Positions 20,655 through 32,003 of a stretch of DNA of 64,000 bases are shown here, one piece after another. Source of the DNA: an uncultured Lentisphaerales bacterium (lineage in GTDB: Bacteria > Verrucomicrobiota > Lentisphaeria > JABSQK01 > UBA12247); assembly GCA_943788985.1 (NCBI GenBank), contig CALSSJ010000004.1, positions 1 to 64,000 of the forward strand, given 5' to 3'. Positions within the stretch are counted from its first letter, which is position 1. Every line of letters starts with the position of its first letter. The notes beneath the pieces are model-generated. The model was not told the DNA's origin. It searched no databases and saw nothing but the letters and a program-made list of their open reading frames with translations. The translations under genes were made by a program, and so were the position numbers.

Positions 20655-22030
20655 TTATCCCCAACAGGGCAGAAAATGAATCGCCAGATCATCGTGGTCC
20701 CACGTGTCCTGTGAGATCTGCCACCATTCGTTGTCGGGCAGGGCCAACGGATAGGGGAAGATGACGTATAGCTGGGGATCTTTCAAGTTGATCGATTCCA
20801 AGTTGAAGCTCACTGCCAGCGGAAAGATGTAGTGGCCATCCACGTCACGCGTAGGCACAGCCGGGAGTCGCTCAAGCATGGCCCGCCACAGCGCGCGGTC
20901 GCTCTCACGGGTCAAGCCCTCCGGCAGTTCCGGCATCTCGGGCAGCAGGGTTTTCAAAGCCACAATGGGCACCAGCCGATTCACCGCGTTCTCGTAGGTT
21001 GCCAGCGCCTTGATTAGGGCAAAGACGTAGTAGCCTGCGTCGTCCAGTTCCTGCCCGCTCGCGAGGCGAAACTGGTAGCGATAGTGCTCGTCAAAGAAGC
21101 GAATGGACGCACTGATAACGGGCAGCCAGACACTGATAGCCGCGCCGCTTTAGCGCTGGTACTGCACGACCATGTGCGAGAATTCAAGCTGGCTCTCGAA
21201 GTAATAGCGCACCCAACGCCCGCCTTCGGCTCCGGGATCCAGGCCAGGCTCGCGCACACACATCGGGTCGGCTCCAGGCCAACCGTAGCCCCAGCCGGAG
21301 GGCAGGCCAAAGTTCTCAAGTTGCGCGCCAAAGCAGCAGCCTTCGTGTCCCGAGCAGAGTTGGGTCGGTGCCGTCGCCGCCGGGCGCCCGCGGCGATAGT
21401 AGTCGAACTGCGCGGGTCCCAAATCGAAGTCGCCATTTGCCAGCAGCGGCCAATAGATTAGCCGCTGTTTTTGTGCCGTGAAGCTGCCTCCGCCCCAGCA
21501 CCGGCAGTCTGGCGTCAGACCTGTCAGGTCTTCCCCGCTAACGAATTCATCCAAGGACCATCGATGTAGGCGGGCTCAAAAGTAAAAAAGTGAGCCGTTG
21601 AACTTGTTTGGGTGCTCACCAAAAGTTAGGCCGCGCTGGGGCATTGGGAATCGCCTCTGCGACGGCCCCAGACCTTGCTGTGTAATCAGCTGATTAATCA
21701 ACAGGTCAGGGTCCCGGCTTCGGTGAAAGAACAGCATAAAATCGTCGCAAACGTCCACAGAGTCCGCCCAGGTTGTCACCGTGCCTTCGTAGTCGCGCAG
21801 GGAAATGGCAGCATGACAGTACACGGGTGGAACGTCCAGCAGGGCCTGGCGCCAGCTTTCGTAAATGCCTCGCAGCGAGATGTCCTGCTCAGCTCGCTGC
21901 TCGAGATGAATCACTTGCCGAAACACCTCGACCCAAATATTCAGGCCGATGTCATGCCCCCGCAGGGCATTGGCGCAGAGTTGTTGGTGCTGGCAGTGTC
22001 CTAGCTCACGTTGTAGGCATCCAGCCAGTC
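20655..22030 (-). pseudogene. Unknown protein interrupted by two in-frame stops
   Basis: ORFs 21576-21926, 21150-21554 and 20655-20984 share one frame, separated by TGA (21576-78) and TAA (21150-52). Confidence 0.6.
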
Positions 22031-22172
22031 CAGGGTATCGCCCAGTTCTTCCTGTAGATGTATCGCTCGATGACTCGGGCTAGCACTGTCAACGCAGCTG
22101 TCCGGGCGGCTAATCGGATGAGACGGTCCCTCGTGGTTGCATAAGGCTGATCATGGGAGTAATTGTCTCGCC

Positions 22173-23072
22173 ATGAATTTTTTCCTTAGATCTATCCCAA
22201 TTGTACTTCTTCTCGGCACCGCGGCCTCGTACGCGGCTGCCCCCATCGGGACTGGAACGGTCAAAGCAACCACGCTAAACGTCCGGGCCCGCGCCACGTT
22301 GCAGCGTGAAGTCATCGCCCAAGTCAAGCGCGGCAGCGAGGTGACTATCCTCGAAGCGGTCGATGGTTGGCTTCGGATTGTCCCGCCGGCTGGCACCGTG
22401 GCCTGGATCCCGGCGCGAGCACTCAACGGCAGTACCGTCACAACCAAAGCCAATGTTTACGCAGGCCCGGGAATGTTGTTCTCAGCCATCGCGACGCTGA
22501 AACCCGGCGACACTGTGAAGGTCCGCAGCAAGCGGTCCGACGGCTGGGCGCGGATCGCACCGCCCGCAGGAACGGCGGCGTGGGTCTTCGGACAGTATAT
22601 CGACGCAGACATGCCCACGACACCCACCGCGACCGCCACGCCGAATACCGCACGGCCCACCGAGACCAGCACTCAGCCAGCAGAACAACCGGCGGAACCG
22701 GCTGCAGCCCTCACTCCAAAACCCACCGAAAACCCGCACATACCGCCACTGGAGCTCCCGGATGATCCGGAAAACATGGTCCTGCATGAGATTCGCGCCG
22801 AGCCGCTGACGGAAGAGATCAAGTACGTCAGCCCGCCCAAGAAGATGGAGAAGAACGGTGTCATCTTCCGGGTCGCGCAGAAGGATAAGCTCTGGGCCTA
22901 CGTCATCGCAACGCCTCTGCACCAGAAGTATTATCCTGTGGCCTATCTCGCATGGGAGGGACAAGATCTCTCCCAATGGGAGCACAAGGCTGTCCGTTTG
23001 AGCGGGACGCAGCAGTTTGTGCACGGGTGGCCACGTCCGTTGCTACGGATTGAGACGTTGGAGGAGCAATAG
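22173..23072 (+). CDS. Secreted protein with two bacterial SH3 domains and a Pro/Thr linker
   Basis: TLNVRARA...GWLRI...AWI and ANVYAGPG...GWARI...AWV repeats; signal peptide. Confidence 0.85.
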   Translation: MNFFLRSIPIVLLLGTAASYAAAPIGTGTVKATTLNVRARATLQREVIAQVKRGSEVTILEAVDGWLRIVPPAGTVAWIPARALNGSTVTTKANVYAGPGMLFSAIATLKPGDTVKVRSKRSDGWARIAPPAGTAAWVFGQYIDADMPTTPTATATPNTARPTETSTQPAEQPAEPAAALTPKPTENPHIPPLELPDDPENMVLHEIRAEPLTEEIKYVSPPKKMEKNGVIFRVAQKDKLWAYVIATPLHQKYYPVAYLAWEGQDLSQWEHKAVRLSGTQQFVHGWPRPLLRIETLEEQ

Positions 23073-23081
23073 AGAATTTTT

Positions 23082-23453
23082 GATGCTGACGGCGGACGGC
23101 CGCTGCTGCCTTCGGGCAGGGGAGGAAAGTCCGGACTCCATAGAACGGGAAGTCCAGTCGCAAGGCTGGATACCGCGGACCAGATGCCGCGGGAAGGAAA
23201 GTGCCGCAGAAAATATACCGCCTTGTCACTCTTTGAGTGTCGAGGTAAGGGTGAAATGGTGAGGTAAGAGCTCACCGGGCTTTGGCGAGAGTCGGGCTGC
23301 TAGGCAAACCCCTTCCGGAGCAAGACCAAATAGGACTTGAGGTGCTGTTCGTACCGTACCCGCTTGCGGGTTGAAGGGTCGGGTTGGTCGCATAGATGAA
23401 TGGTCGTCACTCCGCTTGCGGGGTACAAAATCCGGCTTACAGCCGTTGGCATC
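23082..23453 (+). ncRNA. rnpB: RNase P RNA, bacterial type A
   Basis: GAGGAAAGTCCGGACTC, GGAAAGTGCCGCAGAAA, GGGTGAAATGGTGAGGTAAGAG, GGAGCAAGACCAAATAGG, ACAAAATCCGGCTTA; P1 GATGCTGACGGC/GCCGTTGGCATC. Confidence 0.97.
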
Positions 23454-23469
23454 TTTTCTCCACTACCTC

Positions 23470-24036
23470 ATGAGCATTGTGCTTACCCTCGTAGACCCGG
23501 ACCGCCGGGGCCCGATTGAACGCGAACTCCACAATTTGCGGCAGGCACAGCCTGAGCAGCTTGCTGCGATGTTTGCAGCCTGTGAGCGCCCGCTCTCAGA
23601 AGCGGTCGTCGCCGCCTACCGAGACGCGTTTGGCACAGAGGCCCAGCGCCGAGAATTTCGCGCCTGCTGTCTCGCGCGCCTGTGCTGCGAGGATCCAGTG
23701 ATCCTCGGGCCCGGGATTAGCGATCTCCGCAATCTGGCGCCTCGCTTTCCCCATGCCCTTCAACTCCACGCGGAACTGCTCGTAGACATCCCCTCCATTC
23801 CAGCATCAGGGTGGCAGGCCCTGTGGTCGGCAGACGCAGTCCAACAGGCACATACCGCCGGCCTGCCTTGGTTGAATACCGAAGCTATCGATCACTGGGG
23901 AGACACAGCATGCAGGCAAAGACAAGCCGCAGATGCCTGGCTGGAGCCACTATGCTGGGAATCCTGGCAGCATCTGGCCAGCGTTCTGCAAGACGCTAGC
24001 GCCTGCAATGGCGAGGTCGCGGTACTGCTCGAGTAG
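23470..24036 (+). CDS. Hypothetical protein
   Basis: ORF starting just after rnpB; no motif recognised. Confidence 0.55.
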   Translation: MSIVLTLVDPDRRGPIERELHNLRQAQPEQLAAMFAACERPLSEAVVAAYRDAFGTEAQRREFRACCLARLCCEDPVILGPGISDLRNLAPRFPHALQLHAELLVDIPSIPASGWQALWSADAVQQAHTAGLPWLNTEAIDHWGDTACRQRQAADAWLEPLCWESWQHLASVLQDASACNGEVAVLLE

Positions 24037-24103
24037 TTGCGGATTAGCTGGCATTGGTGTACCTGTGCGGCTCGTACTAAGGCCTGAATTGTAGGAACTG
24101 AAT

Positions 24104-24955
24104 ATGGCCCACTGGAGCCCCAGTCACATCTTTCACCCCACAGACTTCACCGAAGACGACTACGTCGCGTTTGCCCATGCGCTACGGATCACGGTCGGAA
24201 CCAAGGGCGAGCTCTGCCTGCTGCATTGCGGGGAAGCGGAGGACTCGGTTCACTGGGAGCATTTCCCACACGTCCGTAAAACGCTGGCTGCCTGGGGTTG
24301 GGTCGATGATGACAAGGGCGCGAAAGGCCTCCACGCACTCGGCATCTCATGCAGCAAAGTGCAGCTGAACGAGCGTAAGGCTGTCAGCGCCGTCCTCCAC
24401 TATATCGAGACGCATCGTCCAGATCTCGCGGTAATGAAGACGCATCAGCGCAGCGGCCTGGCCCATCTTCTCGACCCATCCGTCGGCCTGCCTATTGCGC
24501 GTCACTCGGGCGTCCCCACGCTGTTCCTGCCAAGTCATATCGAGGGCTTCGTGGACGCGGAGACAGGCCGTGTCACCTTGCGCCGCATCCTGATCCCCGT
24601 CCAAGACGGACTGCGCTCGCAGGCGGCCATTCGCGCTGCCGAAGCACTTGCTCTCGCCGTGGACGCTACTCGCGTGCACCTCACCCTACTCTATGGCGAC
24701 AAACGCGAAGACGAGCATGACGTCTCCGCCCCGGCTCGCGAAGGCTGGGAGACCGAAAAGCTAGAAATCAAAGGCAACCCCATGGACGCCGTTGCCGAGG
24801 TGGCCGCCGAGCGCGCAATCGACCTTATCGTCGTGCGTACGCCAGGCGTCTGCGGCTTATTTGACGCCCTGATCGGCACCCCCGTTGAGCGGCTCATCGC
24901 CCACTCAGAGTGCGCGGTGCTGGCGATCCCACGCTCCAAGGACGGACACAGCTAA
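24104..24955 (+). CDS. Universal stress protein (two Usp domains)
   Basis: IFHPTDF, DLAVMKTH..SGL, RRILIPV, DLIVV..G..D.LIG. Confidence 0.9.
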   Translation: MAHWSPSHIFHPTDFTEDDYVAFAHALRITVGTKGELCLLHCGEAEDSVHWEHFPHVRKTLAAWGWVDDDKGAKGLHALGISCSKVQLNERKAVSAVLHYIETHRPDLAVMKTHQRSGLAHLLDPSVGLPIARHSGVPTLFLPSHIEGFVDAETGRVTLRRILIPVQDGLRSQAAIRAAEALALAVDATRVHLTLLYGDKREDEHDVSAPAREGWETEKLEIKGNPMDAVAEVAAERAIDLIVVRTPGVCGLFDALIGTPVERLIAHSECAVLAIPRSKDGHS

Positions 24956-24956
24956 C

Positions 24957-25577
24957 ATGCGCATCGCCCTTACTTGCCTCTTGCTTGCCTCCGCCGCGAT
25001 CGCCGGTGAATCCGAATTCATCTCCCTGTTCGACGGCAAATCCACCGACGGCTGGAAGTCCGTCGGCGACGGCACCTGGCAGGTAGAGAGCGGTCTGCTC
25101 ATTGGCCAAAGCGAAAAACACCACGGTAAGCACAGTGTGCTGCTAACCAACGAAACCTACAGCGACTTCGTCCTGCAGGTCGAGTTTCGCCTAGCCCGAG
25201 GCAACAGTGGCATAGTCTTTCGCAGTACCCCCATCGTCAGCAACACCAGCGTACGCGGGTACCAGGCAGAACTTGATGGCGGCAAGCGCACCGGCGGGCT
25301 CTTCGAACCCGCTGGCAGGCAGTGGCTTGTGGTTCCCCACGAAGACACAGTCGCCAAGCACTACCGGCCACGCGATTGGAACACCATGCTTATCTCGGCT
25401 TCCAAAGGGCATATCCTCGTCCGCTTAAACGGCTCCACGGTCTCCGAAATCAAGGATAAATTCGGTGCCCGCGAAGGCCACATCGGTTTTCAGCTGCACG
25501 GAGGAATCGGCAGCGTAATCGAACTGCGTAAGGTAAAGGTAAAAGTGCTCAATCTTCCCGACGGCATAGTCCGATGA
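24957..25577 (+). CDS. DUF1080 (3-keto-disaccharide hydrolase-like) secreted protein
   Basis: LFDGKSTDGW, YSDFVLQVEF, NSGIVFR, WNTMLI, GHIGFQLH. Confidence 0.9.
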   Translation: MRIALTCLLLASAAIAGESEFISLFDGKSTDGWKSVGDGTWQVESGLLIGQSEKHHGKHSVLLTNETYSDFVLQVEFRLARGNSGIVFRSTPIVSNTSVRGYQAELDGGKRTGGLFEPAGRQWLVVPHEDTVAKHYRPRDWNTMLISASKGHILVRLNGSTVSEIKDKFGAREGHIGFQLHGGIGSVIELRKVKVKVLNLPDGIVR

Positions 25578-25942
25578 CCCCAACCACGCTCTACCACAAT
25601 CCACGCTGCTCCAAAAGCCGCGAGGCGCTCAAGCTGCTACAAGACGCAGGCGAATCCTTTGTCCAGATAAACTATCTCGAGCAGCCCCCCTCCCAGGGCA
25701 CGCTGAGCGAGCTGGTCAAGACTGTGGATACAGGGTTCGCAGGCATGATCCGTCGCAAAGATCTCGCCAAGACAGGTCTCTCAGCAGCCGACATGCCCGC
25801 GACTCCCGAAGAAGCGGTCTCGTTACTGGCGCAGCATCCCGAATTGATGGAACGGCCGCTCGTGGTGATAGACGGCCAGACGATCGTGGCGCGACCACCA
25901 GACAAGTTGGTGCCTCTGCTAGGCACTGGCACCACGACATAG
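25574..25942 (+). CDS. arsC: ArsC-family arsenate reductase (glutaredoxin type)
   Basis: YHNPRCSKSR, LMERP, ARPP. Confidence 0.85.
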   Translation: MTPTTLYHNPRCSKSREALKLLQDAGESFVQINYLEQPPSQGTLSELVKTVDTGFAGMIRRKDLAKTGLSAADMPATPEEAVSLLAQHPELMERPLVVIDGQTIVARPPDKLVPLLGTGTTT

Positions 25943-25975
25943 CCGCCAGAACAGGACCAAACAAGGGCCGATCTG

Positions 25976-26968
25976 ATGCAACTTTCCCTACGATTACTGG
26001 CCTCATTCTGCATGCCCCTCGCGGTCTTGCTCGCAGCGGTGAGTTGCAACAGGCCAGCTGAAAATACCGCAGCATCCGGCCAGGCAGCAGAAGACGCGCC
26101 TATGACTCTCCACCTGTTGCTGCCCGCACTCCCGGACGCTACCGCAGGAGGCTACGTCTACGCAGAGGAGCGCGGCCTTTATCAGAAAGCTGGCCTTACG
26201 GTTCGGGTATCTCATGAGGCCCCAGCAGACGCAGAGGCACCAGAGACCATACTCATCTGCGATGCGCTTCAGTTCCTCGAGCGCATCCGCGAAGGTGAAG
26301 ACCTCGTTGCTGTCCTCGCCCCCTTTCAGGACAGCCCCAGTTGCGTCTTTGTCTGGCAAGACAGCGCGCTGACCACAGGCCTCGAGAAGCTCGAAGGCGC
26401 GACAATCCACGGCGACACCTCGGACCCACAGTGGGCCTTTTTAAGCAAGCGCTACGAAATGCCACCGCTCGCACTCGAGAAGCCGGACCCGGAGTTTGAA
26501 GCCTTCAGCCAGAATTCCACCTGCGCCGTCGCTGGCGATCACGTCCATGACCTCGCGCGCCTCGGCACCCGTGGCGTCACCACGCAGACGCTGTTGATCT
26601 CCGATAGCGGCTTTAATCCCTACTGCGGCCTGCTGGCAGTTCCGCGCCCGCTGCTGGAATCACAGCCCGACGCCATCCGGGCGCTCGTGCAAGCCTCGCT
26701 CCGCGGCTGGCTAGGCTACCTCAGCGCCCCTCAAGCGATCAGCCCGCAACTGGCGGAACGCAACCCAAAGCTTAATGCGAGCGAGTGGACCGCGGCCGGA
26801 GTCCGTGCCCGGCGCTTTGTGCTTACAGGCGCCGCCGAAAGCGGCGTAATCGGGGTGATGACCGCAGCCCGCTGGGCCAAAATGGTGCATCAGCTAGAGG
26901 GTTTTGCCGAGAGCGAGCCCACACTCCCTGCCCCCGGCAATCTCTTCACCAATGAATTCCTGCAGTAG
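25976..26968 (+). CDS. NMT1/THI5-like ABC substrate-binding lipoprotein
   Basis: Lipobox AVSC; GGYVYA...G.Y...GL.V; SGFNPY; ASLRGW. Confidence 0.75.
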   Translation: MQLSLRLLASFCMPLAVLLAAVSCNRPAENTAASGQAAEDAPMTLHLLLPALPDATAGGYVYAEERGLYQKAGLTVRVSHEAPADAEAPETILICDALQFLERIREGEDLVAVLAPFQDSPSCVFVWQDSALTTGLEKLEGATIHGDTSDPQWAFLSKRYEMPPLALEKPDPEFEAFSQNSTCAVAGDHVHDLARLGTRGVTTQTLLISDSGFNPYCGLLAVPRPLLESQPDAIRALVQASLRGWLGYLSAPQAISPQLAERNPKLNASEWTAAGVRARRFVLTGAAESGVIGVMTAARWAKMVHQLEGFAESEPTLPAPGNLFTNEFLQ

Positions 26969-26977
26969 GAGCACAGC

Positions 26978-27442
26978 ATGGCAGTGGAAATTGAGCGAAA
27001 GTTCCTCGTCACCGGGACCAACTGGCAGGAGTCGATCAGCCGCTCGACCCATTATCATCAAGGGTACCTGGCCGCTGACCAGCAGATCACAGTGCGCATT
27101 CGCAAAGCCGAGGATATCGCCTATCTGACACTGAAAGGAAAGCGCTGCCAAATCTCACGCGCAGAGTATGAATATCCGGTACCGCTCGGCGATGCTGAAG
27201 AACTTCTCCAGCTCTGCGGAAGGCGCACCGTGCAGAAGGTCCGGCATTTGGTCGAACACCAAGGTCACACCTGGGAAGTCGACGTCTTCGATGGCGAAAA
27301 TGCCCCGCTGGTGATCGCTGAGCTCGAGTTGCAGTCTGAGGCAGAACCATTCAGCCTACCGGATTGGCTCGGAAAGGAAGTGTCCACCGATCCGTGCTAC
27401 AGCAATTCCTACCTAGCCAACAACCCGTATTCAACCTGGTGA
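26978..27442 (+). CDS. CYTH domain protein (triphosphatase-like)
   Basis: EIERKFLV, QGYL, VRIR, WEVDVF, AELEL, YSN. Confidence 0.93.
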   Translation: MAVEIERKFLVTGTNWQESISRSTHYHQGYLAADQQITVRIRKAEDIAYLTLKGKRCQISRAEYEYPVPLGDAEELLQLCGRRTVQKVRHLVEHQGHTWEVDVFDGENAPLVIAELELQSEAEPFSLPDWLGKEVSTDPCYSNSYLANNPYSTW

Positions 27443-28249
27443 GAGCCGCCCCTGCTGTATACTATTCAACGCAGGGACGGTAGCTCGCGCCCGCGTCAGG
27501 GCGCTCGGCTCGAGCACGCAGTGCATCTCTCCGGGCGCTGCATCCAACTCCTCCAGCACCAGCCCCCATGGGTCCGCCACCAGCGAGTGGCCGTACGTCT
27601 CCACGCCTAGCGCCTCATGGGTACCGCACTGATTCACCGCGGCAAAGAAACACTGATTTTCAATAGCCCGGGCCCGGGCCAGCACCTGCCAGTGTGCCTT
27701 CCCGGTAAACGCGGTGAAACTTGCCGGGCACAGCATCAGGTGAGCGCCCGCATAGCAGCGGTATAACTCCGGAAAACGCAGGTCATAGCAAATGCCCGCG
27801 CCGATACGCCAACCCGCCACTGAGAACTCCGCTGGCTGGGTCCCGGCTGCAAACGTCTTCCTTTCGTCCACCGGGCTATCCGTATCGAGCAGCTGGAACA
27901 AGTGAATTTTGCGATATTCACAAATCAGTTCGCCGCGTTCATCGAACGCCACCAGAGCGTTGTACACCTGATCGCCATCCCGCAGCGCAATGCCGCCCCA
28001 GACACACACCGTTTTGAACTCACGGGCTAGCGGTGCCAGCAACTGGCGATATTCAGCCGCAGTCTGCGCGGTTTTGCGAACTCCGCAACGCGTGCCGCGA
28101 TACAGTACATTCTCGGGAAAAATCACCAGCTTGCTGCCAGCCTCCGCGGCTTTGCGAACTCCGCAACGCGCGGACTCTAGATTACGCTCCATGTCCTCAC
28201 CGGCATCCAGCTGGACCAGCGTAATGCTGAGGCTTTGGGTCGGGATCAC
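27431..28249 (-). CDS. Carbon-nitrogen hydrolase (Nit1-like amidase)
   Basis: Triad [31 protein letters not shown] start overlaps the MoxR stop (GTGA). Confidence 0.9.
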   Translation of the reverse strand: MIPTQSLSITLVQLDAGEDMERNLESARCGVRKAAEAGSKLVIFPENVLYRGTRCGVRKTAQTAAEYRQLLAPLAREFKTVCVWGGIALRDGDQVYNALVAFDERGELICEYRKIHLFQLLDTDSPVDERKTFAAGTQPAEFSVAGWRIGAGICYDLRFPELYRCYAGAHLMLCPASFTAFTGKAHWQVLARARAIENQCFFAAVNQCGTHEALGVETYGHSLVADPWGLVLEELDAAPGEMHCVLEPSALTRARATVPALNSIQQGRLSPG

Positions 28250-29244
28250 CGACGCGGTTCTGCGATCTCTTTTAGCAAGCGGTCGACAATGTCGTCCGGG
28301 GTTACACCCTCGGCATTTGCATGAAAGTTGGTCATGATGCGGTGCCGCAGCACGGGTTTTGCCAGTGCACGAATATCTTCGCAAGCGACATTCGGCCGAT
28401 TCTGAAGCAGCGCCCGCACCTTCCCCCCCCAGTACGAGTGCTTGGCTGGCACGACTGCCAGCTCCCCACTTGATGTATTCGCGAATAAACGCAGGAGAAT
28501 TTGGCTGCAGCCGGGTGTTTCCGGTCAGCGCCACAGCGTAGGAGATGACATTGTCCGGCGCGGGCACTTCGCGCACAAAACGCTGAATCTCAATGATTTG
28601 CTCGGCGCTGAATACCTTATCCAACTCGGGAACGGACGGATTTGTCGTCCGCCGGACCATCTCTTCCTCCTGCTCCTGGGGCAGGTAGTCCAAGACCACA
28701 TTCAGCAGGAAGCGGTCAAGTTGCGCCTCGGGCAGCGGATACGTCCCCTCCAGCTCGATGGGATTCTGGGTCGCTAGTACGAAAAACGGCCGCTCAAGCG
28801 GGTAGGTCGTTCCAGCTGCAGTCACCTGGCGTTCTTCCATTGCCTCCAGAAGCGCAGCCTGCGTCTTGGGCGGCGTACGGTTGATCTCGTCTGCCAGCAG
28901 CATGTTCGCGAAAACCGGGCCGCGATTGAACGAGAAAGACCGCTTGCCTGTAACCGGATCCTCGTCGATCACCTCGGTACCGGAAATGTCCGCTGGCATC
29001 AGGTCTGGGGTAAACTGAATACGCTTAAAGCTCAGCGAGAAGATCTCCGCGATGCTTTTCACCAGCAGTGTCTTGCCAAGGCCAGGCACACCCGTCATCA
29101 GGCAGTGCCCGCGGGCAAATAACGCGAGATGATCTGTTCAATTACGTCTTCTTGCCCAATAATCGCTTTGGCAAGCTCGCTGCGCATTGCGCCACCGGCG
29201 GCGGCAACGCGCTCCATCGTCTGGGCGGGTAGGTTTTCAGTCAT
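28246..29244 (-). CDS. moxR: MoxR-family AAA+ ATPase (two apparent frameshifts)
   Basis: [47 protein letters not shown]; shifts near 29120 and at the C-run ~28423-28430. Confidence 0.9.
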
Positions 29245-29283
29245 ACAGAATTCTCGAGAGGGGGATTGGATACGTAGAGTCGT

Positions 29284-30297
29284 CAGTTTTAACAACGCGT
29301 ACATCACGATGTTTACGCCAAGCTGTGTGTAGAAAACGTGGGCGTAGTCGCTGATTTCGCGACTGCCGTAATAGCGAAAAGACTCGCCAGGTCCCATCTG
29401 GCTCATTGACCCAGCTTGGAAGCGCTTGCTTCTGACAGTAGATCACGTCTTTGAGACTGTCCTCACGAGTGGATTCATAGCGGGCTCCAGAATAGGCGGG
29501 CGGTCTCCAAATAGTCCGCCAATCCGGTCGTCCCCTCCCGAACCCGGAATCGAATGTTCGTGGACCAGTTTCCCATCGAATTTCTTCCCCAGCCCATAGC
29601 GATGATGGGAGGTTGCCAGAACAGCAACTCGGCCATGCACCTTGAGCCCGACAGCAGAATAGGTCGCCTCTGGCCACTTCTCGTTAATCACGAACTCTCG
29701 CACCGTATCAGGAAGCAGAGATGCGTCGGGCAGATCCGGGTACATCACATCGTACAGCTCGTGCTCCCGTTCCAGCGGGCGAAACTCCTTCTCGGGATAA
29801 AGCGCGTGAAAGGCGTCTTTAAGTGCTGGGGAGGCACTCCAATCGGCAAAGCTATGATGCTGGCCGGGGATTGCCTTGTCCCCCGCAGAAACTCGGCATT
29901 GATCCCCTGCGTCGATATACAGAAACCCGCCCCGCTCTAGATAACGCTTCAGATTCTGAATCTCCAGCGGTGAAAAGGTCCAGTCCTTGCGGTCTGCGAA
30001 GTTCGCATAGATGAACGGGTATTTGAACATTTCGGGGTCCTCGAAGCTGCGCAGGATCATCGGGTCGGGCGCGGTCTTGATCGTCGATACCCGGTTAATC
30101 TCAGCGAGCAGTGTCGGAAAACGCGTTCGCGTAGGCACGAAAGCCCTGTTCACCCGCGCACCAGTTGGGCAAGCCAAACCTCGGGCGGCCCTTCCTTGCG
30201 GATCTCCACTAATTCGCGTTCCGCAGCCTCTTCTTCTGCGAACCCCGCAACTGCGATGCACAGCAGCGCTATCACGCACCATCCTTACTTTTCCCAC
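29284..30297 (-). CDS. DUF4159 domain secreted protein (multiply frameshifted)
   Basis: MFKYPFIY, NLKRYLERGGFLYID, GRVAVL, QLGVNIVMYAL spread over three frames; signal-like N-terminus. Confidence 0.7.
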
Positions 30298-31903
30298 GCG
30301 CGTTCTCCCGCTGGCTTCGTTGTTTTTTGGGGAGTCGGTGGGACGACTGCTGGGCTCGTGATCCGAATCGTCGAAGTGCCCGTGGCTCGTATCGTGGTGC
30401 TGCCAGTCGTAGGGATCGTGGTTGGGCCTTGCAGCACGCGCACATTGGGCTCCACAGCAGAGCGTGCTCGGCTGGCTGAGCTTGAGCGCCTGCCCGATTG
30501 CCGCCGCCAACGCGTGATCGGATGTAGAGTCTTGCAGCTCAGTCAGCAGCTCTCGGCCCTTCGGCTTGCTTCGCAGGGTTCCGATCGCCCAGCCGCGCAG
30601 ATTAAACTCGTTAGTCTCCAAAACGTCCTCAGCGACCATGGCCCAGTCCGCCAATTGCAGCGAGAGTATGTGTTGGACCGCGGCCTCTCGCACCGCATCG
30701 CTGTCATCGAAGAGCAGCTCCTCGATAATCGCGCTAGCAACTTCTGGCGGCTTCTGAGCAGCGAGCCGCACACAGATCGCACGTACATCCGAATATTGGC
30801 TGGTCGCCAGTTTCTCTAGTTCCCCGGCGGTCCAATCTGCCCCCTTTGTGTACATGCCAGCTCGCTGGCGAATCTGAGAAGAATGATCCTCAAAGAACGG
30901 CCACAGCCGCTCCACCGCCAGACCCTTGCCACGGGCTTGCAGCCACGTGCTCACCGCCGCCTCGCGATAGGGCGCGCGGGTATGCTGCAACAGCTGACTG
31001 AGAATCGGCTCCTTTGCATTGATCACCGTACTACGCACAAAGCGTATCCCGATAGCCTGGTCCAAGGCGGGGTTTCCGAGCAGTTCGAGCAACTCGGCAG
31101 TGCGTTCCTTATCTCCCCAGCATGATCAGATTCAGGGTCGCCTCCGCCCGGATACTAACATCTGCGTCTTCTGCCAGCGCCTCCATGATCGGCTTGGCCT
31201 TCGCCCTTCCGCGCAAGACCCGCACCACTTCCCGGCGAATGTTTGCATCCTCGTCGGTTGCCAACGGGCCAACTGCCTCGACCATCGCATCTTCGGACAA
31301 CATGTTCGCATTCCGGATCGTCAACGAGCGAATCTCGCGGTCTGGATCCTTCAAGCCTGCGAGCAACTGCGCCGCTCCCGCCGGCGGCCGTAGAATCGAG
31401 AACTTGTCGTACAGATTACGGCGCACCACGACGTCCTCATCGGCAAACGCGGAGAGCACGATCTGATCGTTCAGCTTGTCGAGTTCGTCTAGCGGTTTTC
31501 CCAAGCGCACACGTCGTAGGCGACTGTAGATGGTGGGCGCGTGAGAGGCTGCGAGCCGGCGAATGTTTACGTCCGCATCCATCAGCCTGCGCAGCAAACC
31601 GTTGTAGGCGAAGCTGGGGATCACTGGCGTCTCAGTCAGAGAAACCAACGCGGCCTGGCGAACCGGCGCGTGCTTGTCGCCAAGCGCGCTTAGCACGGCC
31701 ATCGTTGCAGGGGCAGTCTTGTACTTGCCGAGAATCAGGATCGCCCGCAAGCGCTTGTCATTGTCGGCCAGAGTGAGGTCGCCCAGGCACTTAGTGATCG
31801 TTTCTTGCTCTGTCTCATGCCTGGTTTCTCCAGCTGCAGGTCCGGCAGGCTGATCTGCGAATAACGCAGCAGACAACAGGATAATCAAGGCACGCAGAAT
31901 CAT
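30285..31903 (-). CDS. Secreted HEAT-repeat protein (frameshifts near 31110 and 30460)
   Basis: Repeated D.D..VR..A motifs in ORFs 31109-31948 and 29443-31092; signal peptide MILRALIILLSAALFA. Confidence 0.75.
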
Positions 31904-32003
31904 GAGTTGCTCAGGAAATTGAAGGCCAAAATGCCTGTGAGACAGCATGCCACAGGCAAAGTTGCGGCGTCTGTTGATCCGGGTTGGCTGTGTGGGAACC
32001 GGA

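Noticed and set aside
21576..21578. Selenocysteine TGA
   Set aside because: No redox motif context, and the same frame also has a TAA
23371..23469. N-terminal extension of ORF 23371-24036
   Set aside because: Overlaps rnpB; ATG 23470 is more plausible
27431..29098. Apparent MoxR-nitrilase fusion (555 aa)
   Set aside because: Frameshift at the C-run ~28423-30; the true MoxR C-terminus (VLRHRI) is in ORF 28246-28452 and the nitrilase has its own GTG start
29443..31092. Apparent HEAT-DUF4159 fusion with a His/Asp-rich linker
   Set aside because: The linker is an off-frame reading; other frames give a HEAT stop at 30285 and a signal-like N-terminus for DUF4159
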